Shown piece after piece: positions 1 to 10,828 of a stretch of DNA of 64,000 nucleotides. Position numbers and translations under genes: made by a program. The stretch comes from Antedon mediterranea (taxonomy: Eukaryota > Animalia > Echinodermata): positions 20,646,001 to 20,710,000 of the forward strand of contig NC_092671.1 in assembly GCF_964355755.1 (NCBI RefSeq), read 5' to 3'. The first letter of the stretch is position 1; every line of letters begins with the position of its first letter. The notes below the pieces were generated by a model. It made no database searches. It had not been told where the DNA came from and saw only the letters and a program-made list of their open reading frames with translations.

Positions 1-335
1 GAGAAATCGAAGAACATAGAGCGAACATATGATCGTGGTCTCTCAAGACCAGAATAAACAGAGTCAAGAAGAGTTCAGACTGCATCACTAACCCTTTTCT
101 TACTCTTATACGCAAACTGACACGGATCAAGTAACTCATTACATTCATTTAGCAGAAAATGCTTAACAATGGATTCTAGAAACTTCATTATGATCGATGT
201 CAAGGCAACGGGTCTATAGTCATTGTTAATATTTGGTTTAGGTTGTTTAGGGAGTGGTGTTATTGAAGACTTTTTCCATATCACAGGAATAGTATGCGAA
301 TGAAGTGACCAATTAAATAATTTATGAAAGACATA
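1..335 (-). mobile_element. Degraded non-LTR RT fragment (Rex1/Babar-like)
   Basis: PLPK...NDYRPVALTSIIMK...LDPCQFAY, then frameshifted YVRSMFFDFS. Confidence 0.8.
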
Positions 336-374
336 ACTTATTTCACTCGAACATTTTTTGATAAGACTATACTA

Positions 375-570
375 TTGTCACCTTTCATTACTCGTGTACG
401 TTGTGGCATAACGGGTAGTGCTCTAGTAACTATCGTTTGGATTCTCCCAGCTCTACCACCAGCTGGGGTTCGAACCTCTACGGATTTAAAAAAAAAAATA
501 AATATAAAATGTTCTTCTTTTATTTTGAAAGAGAGATATTTAGTCGAGTCAAGTTAATTTAGGATAGGCG
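375..570 (+). repeat. ~190-bp direct repeat, copy 1 (copy 2 at 1136-1322)
   Basis: Near-identical cattactcgtgtac...gggttcgaa...aagttaatttagg blocks. Confidence 0.8.
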
Positions 571-1135
571 AATGACTAACAATTTAATGTCAGAAAAAAA
601 AGGAACTATAACTCTCTTCGTTACGTGTTTAGAAAAGAATTTATATCTCCTCGTTGGTATGTCGGCGTTGTTATGCAAATGAGTTTGTGCAGGTGTAGTA
701 GGAATTATGTTATTCGTTCGCGCGGTCAACACGCCACACTGTTAAATTTTTGATTTTTGTGCTAAACATAACATTTACAACATCAAAAATCGGTTGGCGA
801 AAGCCACAGAAAATGATGTTATCGTGTGCTCTGCCCGCCTCAGCACTAAGGCCAATTGAAGCCAAATGTGCTCTTTCATTTTTTAGTATTCTTGGGCGGG
901 CTTCTTTTCCAGATGGACTTTCTTTTCGAGATTACTTTAAAACTAAATGAGGGGATCTGCTAGGTTCCTGCCCGGAGAAATTGTTTTTTTACAAGATTTG
1001 AATAATCTTCTAATGTAAAGATCAACATCAACATTCAACAGTGTTAAAACTAGATTCATTTCCTCAAAATTACGTCATGGATATGCAAATTTATGACGTA
1101 ACGATTAGAATGACGTAATAATGAATCGCGTAAAA

Positions 1136-1322
1136 TTGTCACTTTTCATTACTCGTGTACATTGTGGCATAACGGGTAGTGCTTTAGTAACTATCGTTTG
1201 GATTCTCTCAGCTCTACTAGCTGGGGTTCGAAACTCTACGGATTTCTTTTTTTTATAAATAAATATAAAATGTTTTTCTTTTATTTTGAATATTTAGAGA
1301 GTTAAGTTAATTTAGGTTAGGC
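1136..1322 (+). repeat. ~190-bp direct repeat, copy 2
   Basis: Matches 375-570. Confidence 0.8.
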
Positions 1323-1789
1323 AGGGGCTGTTCCTTGAGACTTATATTCTTTCCACATTTCAAAGTCCAATTTCCGGGAAACTCTATTTTTCTAAATTAT
1401 TAGCTCCACCCAACCATGGGTCCTGTAGACTGATAATTCATATTGTTTTTATTTAACCATGTTTCATGGGGGTAGCCCATCGAGCAAAGCTGATCGACAA
1501 TACAATACAATCACGGCTAGCATAATAATGTCAGAAATGGCAACTATGCGTTCGGCGCACACTTGAGGAAAATGCAGTGAGATGTAAGCCGAAGGCTAGA
1601 GGGCGTACTCCAGACAGACTGAAAAGTGATTCCAAACAATATGGCGGCCGTAAATGTGTTCAAAAACATTATTTGATATAAAAGACAATAACCTAATATA
1701 ATACATTAAGACCACATAAATTACAACAATTCTTGTCACAGCAGTGAAGTTTTTATAAAAAAGTTACTTTTTCTTCTTTTTATAAATGA

Positions 1790-2365
1790 TATTTCACACA
1801 GTCTGTGAAAACTGGAACATGTAATGTATTTGCTGATGATACTATTATGTTAAGGGGAAAAAAGTTAATGATATAAATAATGATCTACAAAAAATAGTAA
1901 GCTCTATTAGTGAATGGTATAAACAAAATCATCTTACTATTAATGCTGATAAAACAAAAGTAATGATTATTAAAATAGAGGAAACAAAGTTAACTATTTA
2001 AACAACTCTAAATATAAATATTAATGGTATCAATTTAGAACAAGTTAACAATGTGCGATATCTTGGATTGCAAATCTATGATAACCTAAGCTGGAACAAA
2101 CATGTACTTAATATAAACAAATCTGTTGGTAACAAGTTAACAATGTTGGGGAAAATGATTAAATTTTTTATCTAAACCACTAATTGAAATACTGTACAAA
2201 ACTACTATAGAACGTTGTATTGATTATGGAATTACAGTATGGGGAAATACCTCATATTGTTATATTGATATTGCAAAGAAACAACAAAGACGTGCTGCTA
2301 GAATCACGTCAGGAACCTATGATTTTATAAACTTCAGAGGGGATGACATTATCAATGACCTGGGT
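1790..2365 (+). mobile_element. Degraded CR1/L2-group LINE RT C-terminal fragment
   Basis: Frameshifted VFADDT, WYKQNHLTINADKTK, VRYLGLQIYDNLSW, IDYGITVWG, QRRAARI. Confidence 0.8.
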
Positions 2366-3073
2366 TCCTGACGTCCGATTTTGGTAAACTTTGGAAATTA
2401 TGTTCATTTCAACAAGGAGAATGTTAGGAAACTTGTTTTTCTGCAGTTTCTAAATTGTTCGCATAGTATAATGTCATTTAAACATTTATAACATAATTTA
2501 TGACGTCACAACTACCATATGACGTCATAGGTACGTCCTATGGAAATTTAAATATGCCAGTTAGAATGTTTAATATCACATTTATATCTACTCGTAATGC
2601 ATATAGGTGGTCTAAATCCAACCGTTAAGGAGATATGGGGCTTTAAAATAGCAAATGGCGGCCATTTTGAATTTATGCTAATTAACCCACTTCCCGATGT
2701 CCGATTTTGGTAAACTTTGGATATGATGTTCATGTTCACCATATCAACCAAATAAAAAAAAAAAAATTCTGTTTCAATTTTTTCTAGGTTCAACCATATT
2801 TTTACTGGACTATGCGTGTTGTTAAGCAGACTTGACAACCACTACACTACGAAACCTCTTGCACTAAAAATGTGGGTTACACAAAGTTTTTTAATCCATT
2901 TACATTACAGAATAAATATGGTAATAAGCACAAAGCAAAAGAAACATGTGTAAAAGTGATAATTACCGATTACACAAAATAGTTATTTAAAAAAATAATA
3001 AAAATAAGATATACTGAGTATAATTATCATATTACGTATACAGTACTTTTCACCATAAAATTAAAAAAAAAAA

Positions 3074-3145
3074 GGTTTCGCCCGGGCTCGAACCAGGTAC
3101 CTTTTGCGTGTTAAGCAAACGTGATAACCACTACGCCAAGAAGCC
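3074..3145 (-). pseudogene. tRNA-Val(AAC)-like, type A
   Basis: GGCTTCT..TAGTGGTTATCAC..TTTGC TTAACAC GCAAA..GGTTCGAGCCCGGGCGAAACC followed by a T-run; two acceptor-stem mismatches and one D-stem mismatch. Confidence 0.75.
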
Positions 3146-3309
3146 GCATATAACTACCTTACGCTGTGTGGTGTGTCACACATTGTGGCTTCTTAATTAA
3201 ACAAATTAATTAACAAATAAGCACGAATGTGCAATACTCGGGGTACAGCGAAAGAAGCTGTATACAGACACAGTATACAGTTATTTCACCATAAAGTTAA
3301 AGAAAAATA

Positions 3310-3380
3310 GGTTTCGCCAGGGCTCGAACCGGTTCCTTCTGCGTGTTAAGCAGACTTGACAACCACTACACTACGAAACC
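3310..3380 (-). pseudogene. tRNA-Val(AAC)-like, type B
   Basis: Perfect acceptor and anticodon stems; D- and T-stem mismatches. Confidence 0.75.
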
Positions 3381-3572
3381 TACTTACACTAAAAATGTGG
3401 GTTACAGAAAGTTTTTTAATCCATTTAAATTACAAATAAATATGGTAATAAGCACATTACCGATTACCGATTACGCAAAATAAGTATTTCAAAAAATAAT
3501 AAAAATAAGATATACTGTGTATAATTATCATATTGCGTATACAGTACTTTTCACCATAAAGTTTTAAAAAAA

Positions 3573-3644
3573 GGTTTCGCCCGGGCTCGAACCAGGTACC
3601 TTCTGCGTGTTAAGCAAACGTGATAACCACTACGCCAAGAAGCC
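3573..3644 (-). pseudogene. tRNA-Val(AAC)-like, type A
   Basis: Near-identical to 3074-3145. Confidence 0.75.
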
Positions 3645-3802
3645 GCATATAACTACATGTGGTGTGTGTCACACATTGTGGCTTTTTAATTAAACAAATT
3701 AATTAACAAATAAGCACGAATGTGCAATACTCGGGGTACAGCGAAAGAAGCTGTATACAGACACAGTATACAGTTATTTCACCATAAAGTTAAAGAAAAA
3801 TA

Positions 3803-3873
3803 GGTTTCGCCAGGGCTCGAACCGGTTCCTTCTGCGTGTTAAGCAGACTTGACAACCACTACACTACGAAACC
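3803..3873 (-). pseudogene. tRNA-Val(AAC)-like, type B
   Basis: Identical to 3310-3380 by eye. Confidence 0.75.
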
Positions 3874-4689
3874 TACTTACACATACATCAAAGGTCAGAA
3901 ATGGCATTTCCGGTCATTTTTGACTAAAATGTCCCATTAGACTGAATATAAATGTATACCTTCTGATCAATTTGAGACCAAAATTACTTTGCTGTGACTA
4001 GTGGTTGTTGAGATTTAAGGACATATTGGTGTTTGGTCTTATGACCTTTCACCCTGACCTTTTGACCTTTCGCCACATTTTCAAAATGTGTAACCAAGCC
4101 AAAAATGATTGTTTGACCACCCTAAACCAATTTCTGAAGTCAAATTCTCTGGACCTCAAAGTGCATACGAAAGTTGATCTAGCTACTAGAGTAATTATTA
4201 TTCTTTAGGTTTTAAAAACGTTTATTTGCCTATTTTCATAGGAGTGGGGAGAAAAGAAGAGAAGAGAAGAGAGAAAAGAAATCGGGCCAATTTTATCGAT
4301 ATTAGGGGGCTGATAGAAAATGACTTTTTAAAATCTGATTTTCGATATAGGTAAACTGTATGTTCCTAGATGTACAGCATCTTCATTTTTACGCAAGAAT
4401 AAAATAAGCCCACCCCTTTATGTTTCAAGATTGGAATACGTTTTAATAATTTGGAGCGTTATCGATTCTCTTGCTTAATGTCAAATAACTGCTGACGAAT
4501 ACGTATATTAAAAGATTCAAAGGCTTTCATTTAAGACCAATCTCTTTCTCTATGTTTTGAAGTTTAAGTTTACAAGATCATAATAATAACCTAAGGTGTA
4601 GGTGTCATAATATAGGTGCGGTTGTTTAGATGGTGTTGTTGTTCTGAGGGGTAGTTGTCCTAGAGGGGCATAGCAGTTACCTCTCTGAT

Positions 4690-5600
4690 ATTGTGACGTC
4701 ATTTTATGGCCATTCGAATATAAAATAGGATTTTTTTTTCTCTTTCGTCTTATAGCCCATCATATTTAATAGAGCGCATCTCTCTTATCCGTTTCTCATT
4801 TTCCCCTAGATTTTAATATTTTTTTACTCAATCAATTATCTGTCTTAAGATAAATTTTTCGATTTTGATGACGTCATCATGTCAAAAAAAAAAAATGTGA
4901 ATAACGTGGGTCACTTAATTTCATCTTTACAGTAAATTTCAATCAGCTGTAGGTTCCTTCTTTTCGCGTATATAACATTTCATAACTTTGTAAACATATG
5001 GACATTTACTTGAAGTTGTGCACCTCATATTTTTCAATGACGTCGGGGTTGCACAATGTGACTTACGCGCGATTGTATGAATTTCAATAAGCGATCAAAC
5101 ATTTTTTATTGAAACTTTGTGAAAATTTAAGTCATATCAAGGGCAAACTTTCTGTTGATTAAAAATGGTATGTTTTAAAAAAAAGTTACGCGCACACGCG
5201 CATTTAAAATTTTAAAATGCTTTTCCTAGTAGTTAAAAAAACATGATTAAAACGTTTTCGGGAAGCTGTTGAAAATAATGTAGATATTAATTCATGTAAA
5301 CATTTTAAAAATGAAAATAATTCTTCAGAATGCACGGCGACCCCCAACTTTATGGGAGCAATGAGTTGTAGATATGGATTCATGTACATATTTCACGTAC
5401 AAAATGTAATCATCATATGGCCATCTAAATTTTAAAATTACGATTTTTTTTCTCTTTCGTCATAGATCGCATTCAACAGAGCAACTTGTCCGATTTTCTC
5501 TCAAAATTGTTATATATGCTTGCTCAATCAATCATCTTTCTCATGAGTTGCCACCATTTTTATTTTTAGGACGTCATCACGCCTAAAAATGTGAATAACA
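4690..5600. repeat. Interspersed repeat family (related segments near 27800-28140, 56850-57750 and 61150-61320)
   Basis: Shared motifs gacgtcatca, gataattgattgagcaag, tgaattcatatctacaac and ggtgaaattac in either orientation; class unknown. Confidence 0.5.
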
Positions 5601-5715
5601 TGGTAGGGTAAAATATTATGAACTTTGTGTTCATAATCAGTGCACCGTGTCCCGCATACCTGGCTCAGCCTATATATTGTGCCAGTTCTGCGGTACATTT
5701 CATTTAAAACCTGAG

Positions 5716-5760
5716 CTGCACTGACGAGATCTATGAAGATCGAAACAGTACTGTCTGCAG
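5716..5760 (+). ncRNA. Minimal type I hammerhead ribozyme (HH-1)
   Basis: CTGCA-CTGACGA-GATC(TATGAA)GATC-GAAA-CAG(TA)CTG-TC/TGCAG; all three stems pair; predicted GUC cleavage after 5755. Confidence 0.88.
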
Positions 5761-5843
5761 ATTGGATATACTGTATATATATATATATATATACAGTAGG
5801 TGTTATAAGGCTTTAGTCAGGTGGTATGTAAATTTTCTTGTTA

Positions 5844-6015
5844 CTTGCAGCACTGATGAAGGGCTAGTGTTGCCCGAAAGCTCTGCTAACTTTTCTGGCT
5901 GTTTACTTTATCGTTTTGATTTAGCTTTTCGCTTTTTATTTTTGTATCTCCATTGAGATCCAGCCACTGATGCCCACAGCATTGTCATTTTTTTTCAGTA
6001 ATTTGCCTTTGGATT
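5844..6015 (+). mobile_element. HH-2-bearing short repeat ending in (AT)n; other copies at 11218-11352 and 18172-18322
   Basis: Three near-identical gcccgaaagctctgctaacttttctggctg...tttggattt(at)n blocks. Confidence 0.75.
5849..5887 (+). ncRNA. Minimal hammerhead variant (HH-2) in a Penelope-type terminal repeat
   Basis: AGCA-CTGATGA-A-GGGC(TAGTGTT)GCCC-GAAAGCTC/TGCT; palindromic AGCT stem III. Confidence 0.72.
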
Positions 6016-6058
6016 TATATATATATATATATATTTATGAATTAGATAGAACACGGGC

Positions 6059-6101
6059 GTCTATTACACGGTGTTTCACGTTAAACGATCTTCAGATAGA
6101 C
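6059..6101 (-). ncRNA. Minimal hammerhead ribozyme (HH-3) 3' of the Penelope-like ORF
   Basis: Minus strand: GTCTAT-CTGAAGA-TCGTTTAACGT-GAAA-CAC(C)GTG-TA/ATAGAC; 6-bp stem I; GUA cleavage site. Confidence 0.82.
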
Positions 6102-6789
6102 TGAACAATACCGTATCTCGAGGTGTTATAAGGCTTTAGTCAGGTGGTATGTAAATTTTCTTGTTATGACGACATTTTGAAATCAGTTCAGACCTTTTGT
6201 TTAACAAATTTGTTTTGTTTGCATTTAGAATACATAGCTTTTCATCTAGACAAAGACTACAACGCCCATAAGCGGCGTTCTTAGTGGAGGAATATTTAAT
6301 TACTTTCCATTTAATTGTAAACATTACGTCATTACTTTTCAAAGACCATACGTACTTTGAGAGCTCGGATTCTTTACTGTACGTTTCTTTTTTGAAAGAT
6401 TTCTTGTGATTGTTAAACCTAGTTTTAAACTGCCCACCCGTCTAGTCATACCAATATATGTCTTAGTTTCGTTATTGGTTATGACGTCGGCGGAGTAGAC
6501 AATTTCAGATGCGAGGCATGAACCATTTAGGGGGCATTCGGGTTTGTTGCGGCAATTGCACGCACTTTCTCGTTCTGTATGGGGGTTCAGTACATTATGC
6601 TTGTTAATTACATTTTTTACACATGGCATACAACTATAGCTTACTTTAACATTGTTCTTATTAAATATTTTATGTAATACGTGTCCATTGGGAAAATGTT
6701 TTTTAATTAATCGTAAAAAGGTTCGTGCGACATTTGTCTTAATGTTCGTACTGAATGGTGGGTTGGACCATATTATGTTTCTCCCTCTA

Positions 6790-9768
6790 GTCCAGTCCCT
6801 AAGGGGAAATGATGTTACCATAGTGGATACAAAGTGTGCCCTTTGGCATGTTGATAGAACATGATATGGAGATACCAAAACAAAGTTACTGGAAATCTGA
6901 TTTGACCTCTGTGACCTCTGACCTCAATTTTTATATTTCTATCTTAAACAGCCATATCTCCGCAACGGGTTTGACAATTGAAATGATATTGGTGTCAAAA
7001 ATAGATCAGAGGGTACATATTTATATTCGCTCTAATATAACTTTTTCCAAAAAAACGACCGGAAATGTAATTTCTCAATGTTTTGACCTTTGACCTCGGC
7101 TTACTATATCTCAATAACTACTGATCAAAATTTCTTGAAATTTGTTTCAAATTGTTAAGAGCATACATATTTATATATGCTCTAATTAAACATGTTCTTC
7201 CAAATCCACAGGAAATGTCATTTACTGACCTTTGACCTTTAATTTTTAAATATGTCTGTATCTCTGTAACCAAATGTCATAAAAAGTTCAACTTGGTGTC
7301 AAAATGTTCAAAATGTAAACATTTATATTAGCTCTAATAGAAGATGTTATCATATTTTTACTGGAAATGCCAGTTTGAGGTATGACCAGGATATACTGTT
7401 AAGCGTGCATGTGTCATACTTATAATAATATACCTAAAATATAGATTTAATGGACCAGAACTACATTCAATATCCTATTTAGCCTTTTACAATTTTCTTA
7501 AAACTTAATGTTTAATTTAATTTCAATATATAATTCCATCGCATGGTAGGCCTACACCGTAAGAGCAACACTTAATATCAACAAAAAATTAGATAAACTT
7601 AAAAGTTAAATAACATTTTAAAAAAAGAAAGAAAATCAGGATCTTAAAGAAAGAAAAAAAGAATTAACCAATGCGATTTGATACTCATAAAATATATGAC
7701 CTAATTATCAATTAATTGCTTGAAGTATGCTGAAAAAATAAAATGTTTGAAACAGTGAGGAAAAAGCGAAGAAAAGAAAAACAATATGTTTAAAATATTA
7801 GAAATCTGAAAAGGATCAAAGACAAATTAATTACAAAGCTGATTTCTTTTCAAGAACATACTGTAGTGGAATATAAAAGGAAAACAAACCAGTGAGCAGT
7901 CAAAATTACCATCTTGGCTTGATGAGGCAATAACACATCCAGCTCATAACACTATACAACAAAATCTTTGAAACCACCAGAAGAAATTAAGAGAAGCAAT
8001 GATAATTATACTTCAATACACAAAAACATGACAAAACTGACATCAACCATTACCGACCAAACGAACATTATCACATGTACACAAATAATTTACAAAAGTA
8101 ATCAAAAAACAAAATCAGAGACCGACTAGAAGTAAATAAACCAATATATAAGGCTTTATACAGTAGGACCATCTTATACAGTTTGTCAATCAACTAAAAT
8201 AAAAAGGAAATGAATATCACCAAATCTTTGATTTAGAGATTATCAGAAAGCATTTGGCTCAATAAAACAGGCATTACCATATTAGAGGGAAATATTATAC
8301 CTCAACAAATATTGATTACGATCGTTCAAAGAGAAGTTAAGAAAGATTAGTAAGACAAGGCAACACTTAAGATCTTCACTGCATTGGAAGAGGTGTTTAA
8401 TGAAAGAGCTAATCTAAAAAATAGAGTAAATATCACTTTAAAGACAAAATAAACAGTTAATTTAACCAAAATCACATTGTCTTCCAGCCTATTTTTTGCT
8501 TTGAATTACAGTTTTTTTTGGGTATGCACTATATCATTTTTTTTCAATCCAATTTTTGGTGAAACTATTATGTGTGACATTAAAATTGCATATTCAACAA
8601 AAATATTTGTCAAAATTACTTTTGTCAGGGGGAAAATAAGTATATCTTTAATAGCATGTGATATTATTAGCAAATATTTCAAATGTAGTTTTAAAACTTT
8701 CCCATTACAAACAATTGCCATAATTCTGATAACATTACAATACACCCATCCTCTGGAACTTATTTTCAAATGTAGCTAAAAACTTTCCAGTACAATTCCG
8801 GCCATTTTGATGTGTATAGATGCATGCAGTAGCATTGGAAAAGCGAGAGAGGGGGAGGTGGTTGGGGTGATGGAGAGACACATATTTTTTCACATGTTTG
8901 TCTACACTATAAACTAGTTTAACAAAAAAGGTGTGATGTGCCCAAATATGGTAGTGATATGTCATTCATCGTGTCCATATATATGGGCACATCACATTTT
9001 TTTGTCGCATAAAAATGTTATAGTGTAGACAGAGTTTAACATTTGTGTAACATGTAACAAAAATATGTGTCTCTCCATCCACCCCAACCCCCTCCCCTCT
9101 CTCGATCTCTTTTTATAGATTATTAATTGCTAAATATATGCAAAACGATGGGTCATAGCTCAAAATGACATTTCCAATTGAATTCTGACAAAATATTTTG
9201 TTAGAGCAAATATAAATGTGTATATTCTAAACAATTTGACACCAAACTGAACTTTTTAGGACAAATAGTTACCGAGATATTGACATATTCAAACATTAGA
9301 GGTCAAGGGTCAAAAAAGCTTAATTTATGGTAATTTTTTGAAAAAAGTTTCTATTAGACTAAATATTAGATTTATTTTCTTAACATTTTGAGCCCATTCT
9401 CAAATCTCTGAGATTGCGTGTTATTGAGATATTAGGCAATCAAGGTCAAAGGTCAAACTGAAAAATAAAGCCTTTGCGGCCATTTTTGTAAAATTTTTTT
9501 CATTATAGCGAATATAAATATATATCTTCCAAGCATTTTGAAAAAAAAAAAAAAATGTAAAATGTCCATGCGTTGTCAAGATATGGCGATTTTTAGTTAT
9601 ATAATATAAAAATATAAAAATTGAGGTCAGAGGTCACAGAGGTAAAATCAGATTTCCAGTAACTTTGTTTTGGCATCTCCACACTATACTCTACCAAACT
9701 GCTATACTGAAAAATTTGTATCCAGTCTGGTAACATCCCACCCCTTTTTCTCCCCTTAGGGACTGGAC
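6790..9768. mobile_element. Non-autonomous TIR/foldback DNA transposon with TA target duplication
   Basis: TA-GTCCAGTCCCTAAGGGGA ... TCCCCTTAGGGACTGGAC-TA; subterminal inverted similarity over several hundred bp, rich in TGACCT motifs. Confidence 0.85.
8845..9103. repeat. Hairpin MITE-like inverted repeat nested in 6790-9768
   Basis: gggaggtggttgggg..gatggagagacacatattttt versus aaaatatgtgtctctccatc..ccccaaccccctccc. Confidence 0.7.
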
Positions 9769-10440
9769 TATCTGTTTCTTCTTATACCCGATGCAGAGTG
9801 TGGTGGGTGTAGAATAAGTTATCTTTGTGTCCGCTTGTTCGAAGTGCTTCGCTGTATAGTTGCTTGGTGTTTACGAATGTTTCTTCGTCGCTTGATAATT
9901 GACTTATACGCTTATTAACTCCTGCCGGGATCTGCTTTAATATCACAGGAGGGTGGTTAGAGGCTATGTTTATGTAAATGGGTTGGTTGCCTGGTTTCTA
10001 TATGGTTAGTATTTCCCAATCTGCAAATTAAACGTTACGTTCAAGTAGTTTACGGATTGCTTACTCGATTCCGTAGTTATCTTTAATCCGAAATTACTGA
10101 ATATTTTATATAACTCTGCTTTTATCTCAATAAATAAAAATATATATATATATGTATGCATTATGTCAAATATGCATTTCAAGCACAAAGTTCTGAGTTT
10201 GAATCCAAATTGTAGTGTCATTTTAGTATTTTGTAGTTGATACTCAAATTAAAGTTTTTCTGGAACATCCTGGATCTGCTCATGACTTTTCCTCAACTGA
10301 GTGTTCAAATTATACCCATCCCTTTTTCTCAGGTCTGCTAAACAGCTTCCAATTCATAATTATTGTTTAGACTCAAAATATTTCCAGTATTTTACTGACA
10401 ACGCACTTTGGATGCACTTTTAATTTCTACTGAAAACAAC

Positions 10441-10452
10441 TTTATTTTTTAT
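10441..10452 (-). promoter_or_regulatory. Candidate separase polyadenylation signals (AATAAA)
   Basis: tttatt on the plus strand about 180 nt past the stop; another at 10604-10609; usage unknown. Confidence 0.3.
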
Positions 10453-10623
10453 TATAACATCAGTGAAACAGATAAAACATTAGCATACCATGTAGTAAAT
10501 TGACATAAATATAAAATTATTTAAGTTAACTGAACAATACTGGACACTGCATCAATGTCAAAAGCATTAATATTCAATACATTATCATTATTTAGATTTA
10601 ATATTTATTTTTCAAGAAATGTC

Positions 10624-10828
10624 TCATTTCAAATAAACCGGTAAGCCATAAGTAACTGGAGCATACCCAATGAGAGCAGTCAGTTTACATGCATTCCTAG
10701 CATCAAGTATGTAGTCCGTAATATATGAACTGTCTTTGCTTTTCTCCAGCCAAGATTTAAGTAGAGTCTTTGTGAATCTATCAATATCACGATCAGTTAC
10801 ATCCCATAAATTTCCAACAACACAAGGA
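10624..10828 (-). CDS. ESPL1: Separase terminal coding exon ([17 protein letters not shown]...YGLPVYLK*)
   Basis: C-terminal C50 signature; cag acceptor; TGA at 10624-10626. Confidence 0.96.

Larger units (their letters stand above)
2813..3873 (-). repeat. Tandem array of degenerate tRNA-Val(AAC) units with a ~500-bp dimeric (A/B) period
   Basis: Units at 2813-2856 (partial B), 3074-3145 (A), 3310-3380 (B), 3573-3644 (A), 3803-3873 (B); spacers repeat as well. Confidence 0.9.
6040..10115 (-). mobile_element. 5'-truncated Penelope-like retroelement (RT thumb + GIY-YIG), split by the insertion at 6790-9768
   Basis: 9771-10110: NFGLKIT..VNYLNVTFNL..SNHPPVILKQIP. 6136-6787: NIIWSNPPFS..CNCRNKPECPLNGSCL..IVY..TYIGMT..CSLCLDEK..LLNKRSE..CRH. 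A short duplicate of 6121-6166 lies at 5798-5843. Confidence 0.9.

Noticed and set aside
2813-3873. Functional tRNA genes or a CRISPR-like array
   Set aside because: Every unit has stem mismatches, the spacers are themselves repeated, there are no cas genes and the context is eukaryotic
7530-8460. A-rich, coding-like interior of the foldback element as a transposase
   Set aside because: No ORF of 60 aa or more and no DDE or other motif recognised
10255-10350. Short open frame downstream of the separase stop as an alternative last exon
   Set aside because: The C-terminal YGLP motif is already complete, and there is no clear splice support or homology
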